DNA from: the human T2T-CHM13v2.0 reference genome, Homo sapiens
Reading direction: 5' to 3' (one strand)
DNA: 64,000 bases
Assembly (NCBI RefSeq): GCF_009914755.1
Contig: NC_060945.1
Shown: one piece after another, positions 18,101-33,594 of the stretch
Layout: each line of letters begins with the position of its first letter
How positions within the stretch are numbered: the stretch's first letter is position 1
The notes under the pieces: model-generated
The model's input: only the letters and a program-made list of their open reading frames with translations
Database searches by the model: none
What the model was told of the DNA's origin: nothing
Position numbers and translations under genes: made by a program

Positions 18101-18216
18101 TGAATAACTCTGGGTGAAGTTGGCAGGGGCAGCTAGCTCACCAGGGAGGGGCATCCCAGGAACTTGAGCATATAGATGCACTTCTCTCTCCAATCTGCAT
18201 CATACTTGCTCTTTGA

Positions 18217-18529
<313 letters not shown>

Positions 18530-19047
18530 TCAATGCTTTTATTTCTTTTTGCCGTCTCCATAAGAGAGTAGGATTTGTACTCCTCTCTTATGAGTCTCAC
18601 GTTTTAATTGCAGTCTTGTTCCTAGCAAGATAGGCTATCTTGGACAAGATCAATGAGGTTTGTGATCATCTGAACATTCAGGAGTTCTGCGAGACCAATA
18701 GCCCTGGTTTGGAGTTCTTCAGTTTGGAAACTGAGCTGCTTCCTCAGTCAGATTTATTGCACATGTCAAGAAGCAATTGACTCCATACCAGCTTCTTTTC
18801 ACCCTTGTAAGGGCCATGGTTCAAACTGATGGGACTGTTCTTATCAATCCCGCAACCCTGACTAATCGGGGGAAACTTCTTGACTCATAAGCTACAAGGA
18901 AGAAAAAGGGAAACAAAGTTTTCCAGGAGGCCAATGGGTGAATGTCTTTTCCTTCTGGGAAGTGTTGCTCTGTATTCCTGCTCTAGAAAAAATCACCTTG
19001 GTAAGTAAGAGTTCTTCCTCTCTTTAACTTTCTGTAAACAGACCTTA

Positions 19048-19210
19048 GACCAGTGAATTTCATGCTCACAGTATATCAGAGTCACCTGGAAAGCTTTTGA
19101 GAAAACTCAGATCCCTGCACCCTATTGGCCAAGAAATTGAGACTCGATTGATCTGTGGAGGGGCTCAGGAAATGGTATTTTGAGAGAAGGACTCAAGTCA
19201 GTTTTTATAG
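19048..19210. mobile_element. MER5A-like MITE
   Basis: tcagagtcacctggaaagcttttg…gggctcaggaaatggtatttt. Confidence 0.6.
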
Positions 19211-20278
19211 ACAGTATTTTTCATAGAGTGCATGGGCTTCATCCTTGGTTGACAGTTTTTATGGTGATTGGCACTCAAACAACATTTCTGATGGACAGAA
19301 TGGGACTCCCATGCCTTGCCCTAGCATCTGGAAAGCTCAGAGCTCCTGCTCCATGAGCGCTGCTGCTGCACCTCCACCTGCACCCCCACTTCACTAATGT
19401 GGAGGGATTTCCAACCTATTTTAGAAGCAGAGGCCTATTAATGTGAAGGCCACTGAGTAGCCTTGAAGTCAGAGTTTCCATCCAGATGAACGTCTAAAAA
19501 TTTTCAACCTGAGATTATTTTCCTGACCACAAGAAGAAGGAAGACATAATTTTTATGGTTGACTTGAGAGAGGCAGACTGCCTGCCCCACCCTCTCCTCT
19601 CCTTCCAAACTGATCTTTGTTTTTGGTGTCATTTGGCTCTTGGTGGGAGGAGGGGGGAGGAAACTCTTTCCCAGGCGAGAATATAAGCACCCCATCTCTT
19701 GCAAGGAGCAAGTGCATTTTGGAAGAAGAGCCTCCTTCCCCTCCAGGGAAGACTGTGGGAATGTGAGCCCCTATCTTTTTTTTTTTTTTTTTTTTTGGTA
19801 ATTCCTGTGGTCTTTGATTTATTCTCCGATTCTAATAGACAACCAAGGACTCTGGAATTGGCTGCAAAATCAACTGTGGGAGAGGAGATGAGAGCTTTTG
19901 TGTAGAGAGGTAGAAGTGGAAGAAGCCAGAAGGAAGGGAGTTGAAGAGATTCCAAACACATGGCCACTCCAAAGCTGCAGGGCACTGTCCTAGTGTCCAC
20001 TAGCCACTCTGCAGCAAGGGCCATGGTCAGCTGACTGCTCCAGCTGCATGGGATGCGAATGGTCCATCAACTGCCCATGCCCTTGCTCAGGGCTCACACT
20101 CTTCTGTCACCTCCCTACAAGTGGGGTCTTCACTGAGCACCATTCTTGTGGCTACAAACCCCCAAGAGGGGAGGTGATGACTGACCAGGATCTCCCAGCT
20201 CCATGATGGGGTCAGCTTCTTCAAAGTCCCCAGCTCTCATTCCAAGAAAACTGTAAGATTGAAGATAGTCAGAATACC

Positions 20279-21087
20279 TGGTATCCAGGTTCCCTAGGGC
20301 TGCCATGGCAAAGGTACCACAACCTGGGGGGCTTAGACCAACAGAAGTCTACTGCCTCCTGGTTCTGGAGGCCAGAAGGCCAAAATCAAGTTGTCAGGAG
20401 GGCCATGGACTCTCTGAAACCTGTAGGGGAAGGGTCCTTCCCTGCCTCTTCCAGCTTTTGGTAGCTCCAGACATTGGCTTGCAGCAGCCTCACCCTAATC
20501 TCTGTCTCCATGCTTACGTGGCTTTCTCCCTGCACCTCTGTGTCTTTTAAAAAGAAAAACAGTCATATTGGATGAGGAGCCCACTCTGCTCCAGGATGAT
20601 CTCACCTTAACTAATTGCATTTGCAGTGACCCAATTTCCAAATAAGGTCACATTCTAAGATATTGAGGGTTAGGGCTTCAAATACCATTTTTTGGCAGGC
20701 AGGATGTAGTAGCCTGTTTTCACGCCGCTGATAAAGACGTACTTGAGACTGGACAATTTACAAAAGAAAGAGGTTTAATGGACTTACAGCTCCATGTGGG
20801 TGGGGAAGCCTCACCATCATGGCGGGAGGCAAGGAGGAGCAAGCAATGTCTTACATGGATGGCAGCAGGCAAAGAGAGAGAGCTTGTGCACGGAAACTAC
20901 CCCTTATAAAGCCATCAGATTTCATGAGACTTATTCACTATCATGAGAACAGCACGGGAAAGATCTGCCCCATGATTCAATTACCTCCCACCAGGTCCCT
21001 CCCACAACATGTGGGAATTCAAGATGAGATTTGGGTGGGGACAGAGCCAAACCATGTCAGAGGGAGGCACAATTTAACCCAGAACAC
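20279..21087 (-). mobile_element. MLT1C-like LTR interrupted by THE1B
   Basis: cctagggctgccatggcaaaggtaccacaacctgg…aaataaggtcacattctaag; resumes cacaatttaacccagaaca after the THE1B. Confidence 0.85.
20705..21059 (-). mobile_element. THE1B solo LTR
   Basis: ctgataaagac…aaggaggagcaag…tcttacatggatggcagcaggcaaagagagag…gagatttgggtggggacagagccaaaccatgtca. Confidence 0.92.
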
Positions 21088-21149
21088 TTGGGATGATGAG
21101 GAGTATGAATTGGAAATGCCTGAGCCCCCTAAACTGGGCTAAGGAGACA

Positions 21150-21385
21150 ATCCCTCCCTCTCTCCTACCCTTCCTCCTCTCCCTCCCTTTTTTCCCTTCC
21201 TCCCTTCCTCTGCTCCCTCCCTTCCTTCCTTCCCCTCTTCCTTCCTTCCCTCCCTCCCTTCCTTCCTTCCCTTACCCCTTCCTCTTATCCTTTCCCTTTC
21301 TTCTTTCCCTCCCTCTCTCCTGTCCCCTCTCTTCCTTCTTTCCATTACTCCTGCCCCCATGTCCTCTTCCCCTTCATCTGTCCAT
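21150..21385. repeat. CT-rich low-complexity polypyrimidine tract
   Basis: Imperfect (CCTT)/(CCCT) runs. Confidence 0.9.
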
Positions 21386-22559
21386 CTCCTTAGAAGTCTG
21401 CCAGTGAGGTGCACAGATGAGGAATGTCAGGCTGCCCAGGATGGCATCAGCCAGCTGACTGCTTGCAAGTGGCTCCATGGGCCCTAGAGAAGGGAGGAGG
21501 CCAGCCTCCTCAATCTGAATGCCCTTCTGCTTTATGAGCCTTGCCTCTGCTGCCATTTTTAGCAGCAGCTTAACTTGCAGGGATACTGCCCTGGTCCTCA
21601 GCTGCCATCCCAGACCTGCAGGCGATGCCTGGGCGCTCCCTCCCTGCTGTCACAGGACACTCACCACCCGCTGATAGCCAGCCTGCTTTTTTGACATTGT
21701 GAGGCATCTGCCTGGACAGCCAAGGACAATGCTGCAGTTTCTGTGGAAACCTGAGTGCCTGTAAGGACTCTAGTGGGGACTCTAACCCACCATTGGGCAG
21801 GCTCTGGGAGAGGCTAGAGAATGGTGGTCAACCACCTGAGTGAGGTCTGTCTGATCTGTGACCCGAGGGATGTCACTCACTCTGCAGCAAGGGGCCCTCT
21901 CTGGGCCTCAGCTTGCTTCTCCAGTGAGAAATTGCCAAGCCTGGCCACCTGCCTGAAATGAGGGTAAGAGGAGACAGAAGCAGCACGAACACAAACTAAC
22001 ACTTAAAGGGATTATCTTGTCAGTTGCATGGGACTTTCTTTTGCTGTCCATGGAGATAGCTGTAGGAAGAGGGATGGAAAGGTGGAGGAGGGAGTGGGGC
22101 CTGATTCTTTGATGTAGAGAGAGGTACAAGAAGAAGTAGAAGGCTTGGTTTCGATAAGAGGCATTTTAGATTTGGCCATCCCAGGGGCCCAGATGATGCA
22201 GTAGTGGAGGAAGCCAATCTTGGACTCCCTCTTCTCCTCAATTCTTCCCTGGGTCATGGTGCAGCTCAGGACCTCTGAAGGCTTTGGCTGCTCTCCGTGG
22301 AAGACTTTGGGACCAGTCAGCACATGGCCTATTGGCAGATTCACAAAGGGCATCTCCCATCTCACTCTGCTGTGCAAGTAAATGGTTATGAAGCCTTCAG
22401 AGGTGCCACAGAGAGGCCCCAGGGCTGAAGACCATGCATGAACTCTTTTAGCATGGAAAAACACTCACGAAGGCAGTTATTAGTTATAGCACCCTATTTA
22501 GAGACTTTATAAGACACAATTTTTGTTTTATCAATTTGTAGGAACATAGATCATTTACT

Positions 22560-23015
22560 GTTTGCTGACTATGGTTCTCCCATGAGGACCTCTCTCTCTC
22601 ATGCTTCCTTCTTCCTAGTAGTTATAGAACCACTCAGACTACATTTCCCAGTTTCCCCAGTGCCTAACCATGGTCATGTGACTAAATTCCAGCAAATGGG
22701 ATGCTATGGAAGTGACGTGTGTATAGCTGCCAGGGAAGCTGCTTGCCCTCCACATCTTTTATCAAGGCTAGAAGGTGAACTTGGGGTAATGAACCAGTCC
22801 TAATGAGGATGTAACCAAAGGGAACGGTAGAACAGTGAAATGAAAGGAAGTTGGATCCCTGTATGACCTGCCAGATCAGAGCAGCTGCCCTCCATCCTCT
22901 CTCCCGAAACTGCCCTGTTCAGCTCAAACTTTAAAGGAGAGAAAAATGAACATTCCATCTTGTTTAAGTCACTCTTATTTTCATCTCTGCTAAAGCAACT
23001 GAACCAACATATACA
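22560..23015 (+). mobile_element. MLT1J-like LTR
   Basis: actacatttcccagtttcc…catggtcatgtgactaaattccagcaaatggga…ttgtttaagtcact. Confidence 0.65.
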
Positions 23016-23228
23016 AACTGGATCAATAAGTAATTTGCGCTGTGATTTTGCTTACTATCATGCACATATATTGGTGTCCAAAAAACATGAGTGTGAAATC
23101 TTGTCAAAAGTTTGCTCACATGTTACCTGTTTTTTCCTGCCAACCAACACCACACACCACTTTCTCATAAAGGTCTTCTTAGATCCAGGAAGCTAACCCA
23201 GAACCCTTTAAAAATGATCATATTCTCT

Positions 23229-23545
<317 letters not shown>

Positions 23546-23878
23546 CACATCATATTCTCAAACAGCTAATAGAAAGGTCAATTCAGAGTGATTTACCTTC
23601 AGAGAGGGACCCTCAGAGAGAACCTTGTTTTGGGGAGTTGTAAGAAGCCCTGTAGGCTCTATGACCTTATATCTCAGATTTTTAGGACAATTCTAATTTA
23701 AACTATTCTGGCCCAGTTCCCACAAATGTATTTGTAAGTGTACTTGCCATGGTTTTTGTTGAGAAATGTGGTCGCAGTCCCTACGGGCCCCTCAGCTGAT
23801 TGTCATCCCTTCGTGTCATCTTGCCCTCTGGTCTTCCTCCTGCCAACTCAGGAAGGTCTAAACTCAGGGGACAGAGGA

Positions 23879-23946
23879 CTGCTCCCTCTGAGCTGCTCCC
23901 CCCGAGCTGCTTCCTCTGAGCTGCTCCCTCCGAGCTGCTCCCTCTG
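23879..23946. repeat. 14-bp minisatellite, ~4.9 copies (CTGCTCCCTCYGAG)
   Basis: ctgctccctctgag/ctgctccccccgag/ctgcttcctctgag/ctgctccctccgag/ctgctccctctg. Confidence 0.92.
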
Positions 23947-24345
23947 GCCCCCTCTCTGACGGACTTTTTCTATTCTAGGAACTGTACCGCACTCATTCGT
24001 AGGGAAGCTTTTTTTTTTTTTTTTTTTTTTTTCCTTTTTGGAGAAGTTAAGCTTCTTTAGAGATTAAAGTTGGTTTCCTCTAGCTTCCTTACAAACTCAC
24101 AGTGTTAAAACTGGGTCATAGAGACATAGTTGTTCCATTTTCTAACCAGACAATAGCTTCAGGCAGTGCCAGAGTTCCCCTCCTCTCTGCCCCCTTTCTG
24201 GAGCCCCAGGAAGCCGCTGAGCAAGTCCCTCCTGCTGGGAGTGGACAGACCTCCTTTGCACCTGCCCTCCTCCCTGGGCCAAGGGCACTTGCCCTTGTCA
24301 CCAGCTTAAGCTGTCGCCTTTTCCTTTGTCTCTAATTTATGCTAC

Positions 24346-24364
24346 TGGCCTCCAGGGGGCTCCC
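24346..24364 (+). promoter_or_regulatory. Candidate CTCF site
   Basis: TGGCCTCCAGGGGGCTCCC vs consensus TGGCCACCAGGGGGCGCTA (15/19). Confidence 0.45.
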
Positions 24365-24496
24365 CTCTGCTCCCGCTTCCCTCTCCTTCCCTCCTCCCCC
24401 TAGGATGCATTCTAAACAAGGGCAAGGACATTTTTTGGGGTCATGGGGCTAGGGGTGGAATTTTTGTCTGTCCTCAAGGGCTTAATGCGTTGAGAC

Positions 24497-24897
24497 TGTC
24501 ATAGATGGTATCATCATTCAAAAATATTTTCCGGCCCTTCCTGAAGGAGAGGATAGTTCCCTACCCCCTGCCCCCCACTGACATCAGATTTGACATTGTG
24601 ACTTGCTCTTGCCAAGAAATGCAAGCAGAAGTGATGTGACACATGTCACTTCCAGGAAAAAGCTTTAAGAGCTAGTGTGTGGTTTGCTGTGTGTCTTTTC
24701 TCTCTTCCACAAGATGGACAATGGTCCAGAAAGGGGCTGCTTCATCAGCCTGGATCCCAAAGAAGATAACATGAAGCAGGGATATAGTTGACCCATGACA
24801 GATGGGCAGCTTGAGCAAGAAATAAACCTCTCTGACTGTAAGTCATTGCAGGTTGGGCATGTTGTTATTGTAGCATAATCTAATCTGTCCTGACTAT
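24497..24897 (+). mobile_element. MLT1I-like LTR
   Basis: gtgacttgctcttgccaagaaatgcaagcagaagtga…agcaagaaataaacctc. Confidence 0.8.
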
Positions 24898-25127
24898 TTT
24901 AGAACATACATAGAAATGATCTCACACTCTTTTTCTATGAAGCTATGGTGAGTTGGGCTTGGGTTGGACATGCAAGGAGACTGCTGCATCATGAGAATAT
25001 AGTGTGGATAGATTAGTCTACCTCTGCTCTAGGCTTTAGAAAGAACCCCACCACTCCCCGCCCCCTACTCCACTCTCTTTTCTGGCCCTGGAATGACCTT
25101 AATGTTATCTGTTTCCATATGTACCTG

Positions 25128-25485
25128 TGTGTTAGTCTGTTTTCACGCTGCTGATAAAGACATACCTGAGACTGGGTAATTTATAAGGAAAAAGAGGTTT
25201 AATGGACTCACAGTTCCACGTGGCTGGGGAGGCCTCACAATCATGGCAGAAGGAGAAAGGCACGTCTTCCATGGCAGCAGACTACAGAGAACGAGAGCCA
25301 AGCAAAAGTGGAAACTCCTTATAAAACCATCAGATCTTGTGTGATTTATTCACTACCATGAGAACAGGATGAGGGAAACCACTCCCATGATTCAATTATC
25401 TCCACCTAGTTGCTCCCACATGTGAGAATTATGGGAGCTACAATTCAAGATGAGATTTGGTTGAAGACACAGCCAAACCATATCA
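25128..25485 (-). mobile_element. THE1C solo LTR
   Basis: ttagtctgttttcacgctgctgataaagacatacctgagactggg…cagccaaaccatatca. Confidence 0.93.
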
Positions 25486-25684
25486 GCCTATTTTTATCCC
25501 TGGTCCACCTTAAGGCAGGATGCAGTCTCTCTTCCCAGGCACCAGAAAGAGGCCATTGCATTAGAAGAACTGATGATAAATATTGATTTTACTGAAGATC
25601 TCACAGGGAAGATAGAATGTTTATATCATATCCTCAATGCCAACTGCCCATGCATGTCTGTAGCAGTTCTCCATGATACAATGA

Positions 25685-26485
<801 letters not shown>

Positions 26486-27179
26486 TGAACTGAAGCTTCC
26501 CCACCACAATTGAGTCCCTTGTGTATCTGGGATCTGGCGTTCATGCCCTCCTCTCTCTCTTCCCTCCTACACTCCCCCTCCACCACCCCAACCACAAGCC
26601 CACATATCTCTAGCTCTCAACCATCCTACCTTGGAGACATTACTTGCAGAGAATAGCCTGCAATGCTGTGAAGTTCCCTCCCAGGGAGAAAGAGGTCATC
26701 TTGAGAACTTATATCCCACAGCCCCCAGTCTCCCATGCTGGGACCTTCTCACCTCTTCTGTCCTGGCAAGCAGCCAAGTGTGGCTCAGAGGCTGAGCAGA
26801 GGGAAAGATGTTGGCCCTTTGCTCCTCAGCATCAGTGGGCTTAAGTGCGGGCACAATCCAGACCTGGAGTGTTTGCATTTGAAGGCTTAGTTCTACTCGA
26901 ATGAAACTCTGGTTCAAGGCCTTCCAGGCCAATGAAAAATTCCAGCCAACTGAGACCAAGCAAATGTGGCTGTATCCACATATTCAGAGCCAGGCCTTGG
27001 GCAGGGCAGGTGACAAGGAGCATGTCATTTGGGGGAACCTAGCACTGAGTGAAATCATCACAGTTAATTCTTTACTAGCTGTGTCAGAATTTCGGCTCAT
27101 TTTAATCTTGGTGTTCAATGAACACCCTGAGGTCTTCCTCATGAGTCCCCTGCATTCTGATGAAATTGCCTTTAGTGTC

Positions 27180-28080
27180 TTAGGAGGCCGTGTGGTTCAG
27201 AGCATGGGTGTGGAGTTGAGAGATGTCCATTCCACTCCAGGTTTCACCCTAAAAAGCAGTGTGAGGTGGAACGAGTTATTCTGAGGCTCAATTTTTTCAT
27301 CTATAAAATGATCATTATTATTATCACCGTCACCATCATAATCATCAATTGCCCTGCCCCCTGCCTCACAGTCTTACTAGGGTTCAACAGGATAAGCTAT
27401 GTAAAATGTTCGGCCCAGGGCCTGGGACCTGTTTTTCCTGCTTCTGCTGTTGTTATTGTTACTATTATTATTGTTTCAGGTCACCTGGCCCTCCAGGGCC
27501 TCTTTGTAACTCTTATAAAATGATCTCTGACACTCTGAGCCTGTTTTTATTTGGAATCTTAGGGGAAAAAAGCATTTGTGAGGTCCAGGATTTAATCTTG
27601 TTTGTCCTCGGGGCATGTGGCTATTAACAAGGGTTGTTTACGGAGGGTCTGTCCATCCTGCTGAGCTTGTGTGATCCTCACAGTGGCCCTGCAAGGTCAG
27701 CATTATTATTTCCATTTCATGAATGAAGAAGAGGCCCAGGGAGGTTGAAACACTTGCTCAAATTCACACATCCAGAAAGGAGCAGGATTGGAGTAGGAAC
27801 CTGCGTCTGATTCATTTTGCAAACACTTTTCTAGCACTTTCTATGCTCCTAGCACTGTTTCAAGTACTTTTTAAATAAGAATTAATTGATGTCATCCTCT
27901 TAACAACCCTATGAGGTAGGTGCCGTGACTGCCCCCTTGTGTAGATGAGGAAACTAAGGCACAAAGAGGTTAAGCCACTTGCCCAAAGTCACACAGGTTT
28001 GCATGGCAGTGACAAATTCACTTCGGCAGCCTGGCCCCAGCTGCCCCTCAAGGCTGTTCTTTCCCATACACGTCACTGTC
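27180..28080. mobile_element. Cluster of three MIRs (+ 27180-27470; - 27670-27810; - 27830-28080)
   Basis: ttcatctataaaatg; gatgaggaaactaaggcacaaagaggttaagccacttgcccaaagtcacacag. Confidence 0.8.
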
Positions 28081-28699
28081 TCTCACAGGGCTCCCGCTTT
28101 TTCAGTGGGTACATAAGCCTGCCTTCCTGGCACAGACATAGACCCCCTTCCCTGGTCCCCTTCGAGCCTCTTAAAAGGGGAGCCGCTGTTCTGCATTCAT
28201 CCTCCATGACCGTGGCCTCTTCTGCTTCCTCCTCAGAAGCCAGTGGGTTTGTTCTGCAAATTGCTAGTCAGAGGAGGCCAGGCATTGTTTAGGCTGCTGG
28301 TGGTGAGGGTCAGTGCCAGCTACTGGACCAGAGCCAGACCTGCCCCCGTGCCAAACCCACCGCAGGGAGGCCTGCTGCACCTCCTCCTGGGAGGTCTCCC
28401 TAGGGCATCACCTGAGAGCATGCAAAACAAAAGCCACACAACCAAACCATTTTTCCAAGGAGGGCCTGCTTGCCCAACACAGTAAAATCCAACTCCTATT
28501 GGCCTGTATTCCAGTAGATGCATTCAGTGTGTCCCTTGGCAAAATAATGTGGTAATTGCTGTAAGAGACTGCCCGCTGCCTTCCCCAGTGGATGCTCTAT
28601 CCTTCACCAGTGCTCATGAGCATTTGTGGAGGGGTCCTCTTCCATGGCCAGCCAACAGCCCCACTTCTGCACCCTGGCTCATACCATTCAGAGTCTGCA

Positions 28700-30239
<1,540 letters not shown>

Positions 30240-30240
<1 letters not shown>

Positions 30241-30620
30241 CTACTCAAGTCCAATGGGAGTATTTTATCCCCTTGCCCCATTGATTGAGTCAGAGATGGG
30301 CATGACTCAAGCCAGAAGAATCAGAGTCAATCCAGAAACTTGTACTGGAACTATTTGGAAAGAATCTTCTTTCCACTGAAATTGCTAAGGTTGGAGGATA
30401 TAAGCCTGGGGATGTCAAGAGCCATCACATGAGATGGCTGAGAAGGGAGTCAATAGAGAAGCTAGCAGAGAAACTGGCTGGGATGCTACTAAGTCCTCAT
30501 GGTGATATCTGACACCTGATCTAAATGTGCCTGAAAATAGAACCCCCATTTGGATTTTTCAGTTACAGGAGCCAATAATTCCCCCATTTTTGCCAAGCCT
30601 CAATCTTTTTGAAATTTGCA
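30240..30620 (+). mobile_element. MLT1K/L-like LTR fragment
   Basis: gatgggcatgactcaagcc…ttttcagttacaggagccaataattccc. Confidence 0.6.
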
Positions 30621-30649
30621 TCTAGGCCATTTTTTCAACCCCTGCCCCA

Positions 30650-30850
30650 AATATATCCATAGCTGTCCCTCTAAGCACGGCTTCAGCTTCCACAAGCTCC
30701 AATATGTCACAACTTCATTAATTTTTAGTTCAGTATATTTTCTAATGTCCATGGGGATTTCTTATTAGACCCATGGATTATTTAGAAGGGTGCTGCTTAA
30801 TTTCCAAGCATCTAGGGCTTTTCTAGATATCTTTTGTTATTATTTCCAGG
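30650..30850 (-). mobile_element. L1M ORF2 fragment
   Basis: gacccatggattatttagaagggtgctgcttaatttccaa. Confidence 0.7.
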
Positions 30851-31119
30851 GCTCACCGGTCTGTAAATATATGCACAGGATCTCATTTCCCTTGAGGTCT
30901 TCCTCAGTGAGGATTCTGCGGACTCCACATGGGTATCTTCCTTATGGTTCCTCATGTGATCATGACAGAGTTCATCTCCTCAGTGCCACCTTGGTCCCAC
31001 CACATCCTTCTCAGATTTTCAGTATAGTGTGGTATTTGCTATCTCCCTTGGAAGCAAGGCCTCTGGAGCCCTCTAAATGTAAAGCTGCACCTCATTTAAT
31101 AGTGGAGGGAGAAGAATGT

Positions 31120-31600
31120 CCTTAGTAGACATATTTAGTTTGTCCATCCAGCAGCTCTTCCTTGGAGGAACTATGCTTCCTCTCTTCCATATAGTTCTAG
31201 TGGGTTTGTCAATCACTGTAAAGCCCCTCCCCACCACACATGCAGAAATGGGCATGTGACTCAAAATGGCCAATCAGAGTTTTCCTTAGGAATTTTCTGC
31301 CCAGCTATCAAAGAAGACTGTCTTTTTCAACTGCAAGGTTATGTGTGGAGGGTTTCTAGGGGCCACCGTCACAGCCCATCAGAAAGGTCTGCAGAAGAAA
31401 TAAAGTCAAATTGAGACAAGCAAAGCTGAGAAACAAAAGGTAAGATAGAAAAGAAACCTGCTAACATTGTTAGAGCCTTCCATCCACTGGAAACTTGAAC
31501 CTCTCCTATGCTTTCCACTTTCATGAACTTGCAAGTTTCCCTTTGGCTTGTTTTAACTTGGGCAGTGGTCTGTCACATAAATCCAAAAGAGCCCTATATT
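31120..31600 (+). mobile_element. MLT1K-like LTR
   Basis: atgggcatgtgactcaaaatggccaatcagag. Confidence 0.6.
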
Positions 31601-31603
31601 GCT

Positions 31604-32045
31604 TGTAAAGGGTTGAATGGTGGCCCCCCAAAATGTATGTCTATGTTCTAATCCCCAGAACCTCTGAATGCGTCCTTATTTGGAAAAAGGGTATTTGCAG
31701 ATGGAATTAAGTTAAGCATCTGGAGATGAGATCATCCTGAATTACCTGAGTTGACCCTAAGTCCAATGGCAAGTATCCTTATAAGAGACACACAGGAGAG
31801 ACAGGGGAAGACGGCCGGGTGAAGATGGAGGCAGAGACTGGAGTTATGCAGCCACAAGCCTAGGAACACTGGCATCTGTCAAGTTGGAAGGGGCAAAGAA
31901 CAATATCTCCCTTAGAGCCTCCTGAGGGAGTGCAGCTCTGCCGACACCTTGACTCCTGGCCTCCAGAACTATGAGAGAACAAATTTCTATTGTTTGAAGC
32001 CCCCAAGTCTGTGGGAATTTGTCAGCAGCCTCAGGAAACTAACAC
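31604..32045 (+). mobile_element. MLT1C LTR
   Basis: tgtaaagggttgaatggtggccccccaaaa…ctccagaactatgagagaacaaatttctattgttt…ggaaactaacac. Confidence 0.9.
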
Positions 32046-32104
32046 GTTGTTCCACTTTTGTATCAGCTGAGGGGAGGGTTATTTGGCCCTGATGTCTTCT
32101 GAGG

Positions 32105-32608
32105 CAGACTGGTACCTGTCCGTGGCCTGTTATGAACCAGGGCTGCACAGCAGGAAGTGAGCAGTGGGTGAGCAAGTGAAGCTTCATCTGTATTTACAGC
32201 CACTCTTCATCACTCACATCACTGCCTGAGCTCTGCTTCCTGTCAGATTAGCAGCATTAGATTCTCACGGGAGCACGAACCCTATTGTGAACTGTGCATG
32301 CGAGGGATTTAGGTTGCACGCTCCTTATGAGAATCTAATGCCTGATGATCTGTCACTGTCTCCCATCACCCCCAGATGAAACCGTCTAGTTTCAGGAAAA
32401 CAAGCTCAAGCTCCCATTGATTCTACATTATGACGAGTTGTGTAATTGTTTCATTATATATTACAATGTACTAATATTAGAAATAAAGTGCGCAATAAAT
32501 ATAAGGCACTTGAATCATCCTGAAACCATTCGCCCCCAACCCCTGGTCCATGGAAAAATTGTCTTCCATGAAACCAGTCCCTGGTGCCAAAAAGGTTGGG
32601 GACTGCTG
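32105..32608 (+). mobile_element. MER1A hAT-Charlie DNA transposon (5' TIR missing)
   Basis: ggtacctgtccgtggcctgtta…gagaatctaatgcctgatgatctg…ctggtgccaaaaaggttggggactgctg. Confidence 0.92.
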
Positions 32609-33129
32609 TTCTAAGGCTTCAGATAATAAAGACGGATACGGGACATACCACGCTATATTCCAGATTCCCTATCCGCTCTGACAACCAGTTTCCTAGCTGG
32701 CTTGGTGTGGGCATGCCTACCACGTTCTTCACTCAGAATGAGTTATCTCCTGGGAGATATCACAATCCCCTTACAAATGGACTCCTGATGAGTCCATCAC
32801 CTGTCACACACACACACTTTGCCATAGGGTAATGTTAATATCTCAAGCATTAGAGTCAGTGAGGCCAAAATTAGAATTCTACATCTGCTAATTCCTGTGA
32901 GACAGTGGAGACAAATTGGTTTACATTTCCAGGTCCCAACTTTCTCAGCTTGCAAATTAGGAATCTCTAGCTCACAGGGTATTATAAATGTTAGGTAATC
33001 CACACAAAGCACAGAGCAGTCCATGGTCCATCTTCTCAGCAAATGCAAGCTAGGGTATGTTGCTAGATATTTTTAAAACCTGGCTTTGGGCTTTTTTCAG
33101 ATATTGAGCAGCAATATGTTCAGGAAAGG

Positions 33130-33530
33130 TGTACGAAGCTTCATTGGGGTGAGTCATGATTTGCAAAGGATGGTTTAGGATTGGGCATAGGATCTCGTTT
33201 GGGCCAATGAGATGAGAGGGGAAATTTTTGCTGGGCTTTTCTGGGGAAAAATAATTTTAAAAAATTAGACACACAAAGAGACACCCACTCAGACTTTGTG
33301 TTTTGGACGCTGTGATGTGAAGATACAGTGCATAGAGTGCTGGCAGCCATCCTGTGGCCATGAGGCAAAAGCCCAGAAAATTTCAGTGAGCAGTCATAGA
33401 GCCTTGATATCAATAAGCTGCTAAATTCACCGATTCTGCAAATCTAGGCCTCCAGAACTCTTAATGTGTGAGGTCATGAACTCCGAATGTCTATGCCACT
33501 TTTGCAGCTGATAGCCTCCTGAAATGTTCC
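33130..33530 (+). mobile_element. Old MLT1 (K/L-like) LTR fragment
   Basis: gggccaatgagatgagaggg…ctggcagccatcctgtggccatgagg. Confidence 0.55.
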
Positions 33531-33594
33531 TCAAGGACTTTGTGTGTTGTACAGTTGTTTTTGTTAGTGATGCAGTGTTTTTAGGCTAAGCGAG

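Noticed and set aside
22012-22464. 150-aa minus-strand ORF in unique-looking DNA
   Set aside because: Non-ATG start, no recognisable homology or exon structure; treated as chance unless BLASTP or PhyloCSF says otherwise.
23660-23785. Possible hAT-Blackjack MITE remnant
   Set aside because: Only weak TIR-like similarity; too degenerate to call by eye.
23879-23946. CRISPR-like array
   Set aside because: Head-to-tail tandem units with no spacers, in a eukaryotic context.
24009-24056. Orphan polyT with flanking aagctt as a tail-only retro-insertion (similar orphan runs at 19776, 47100, 48327)
   Set aside because: The 6-bp match is too short; cannot be distinguished from slippage-expanded mononucleotide runs.
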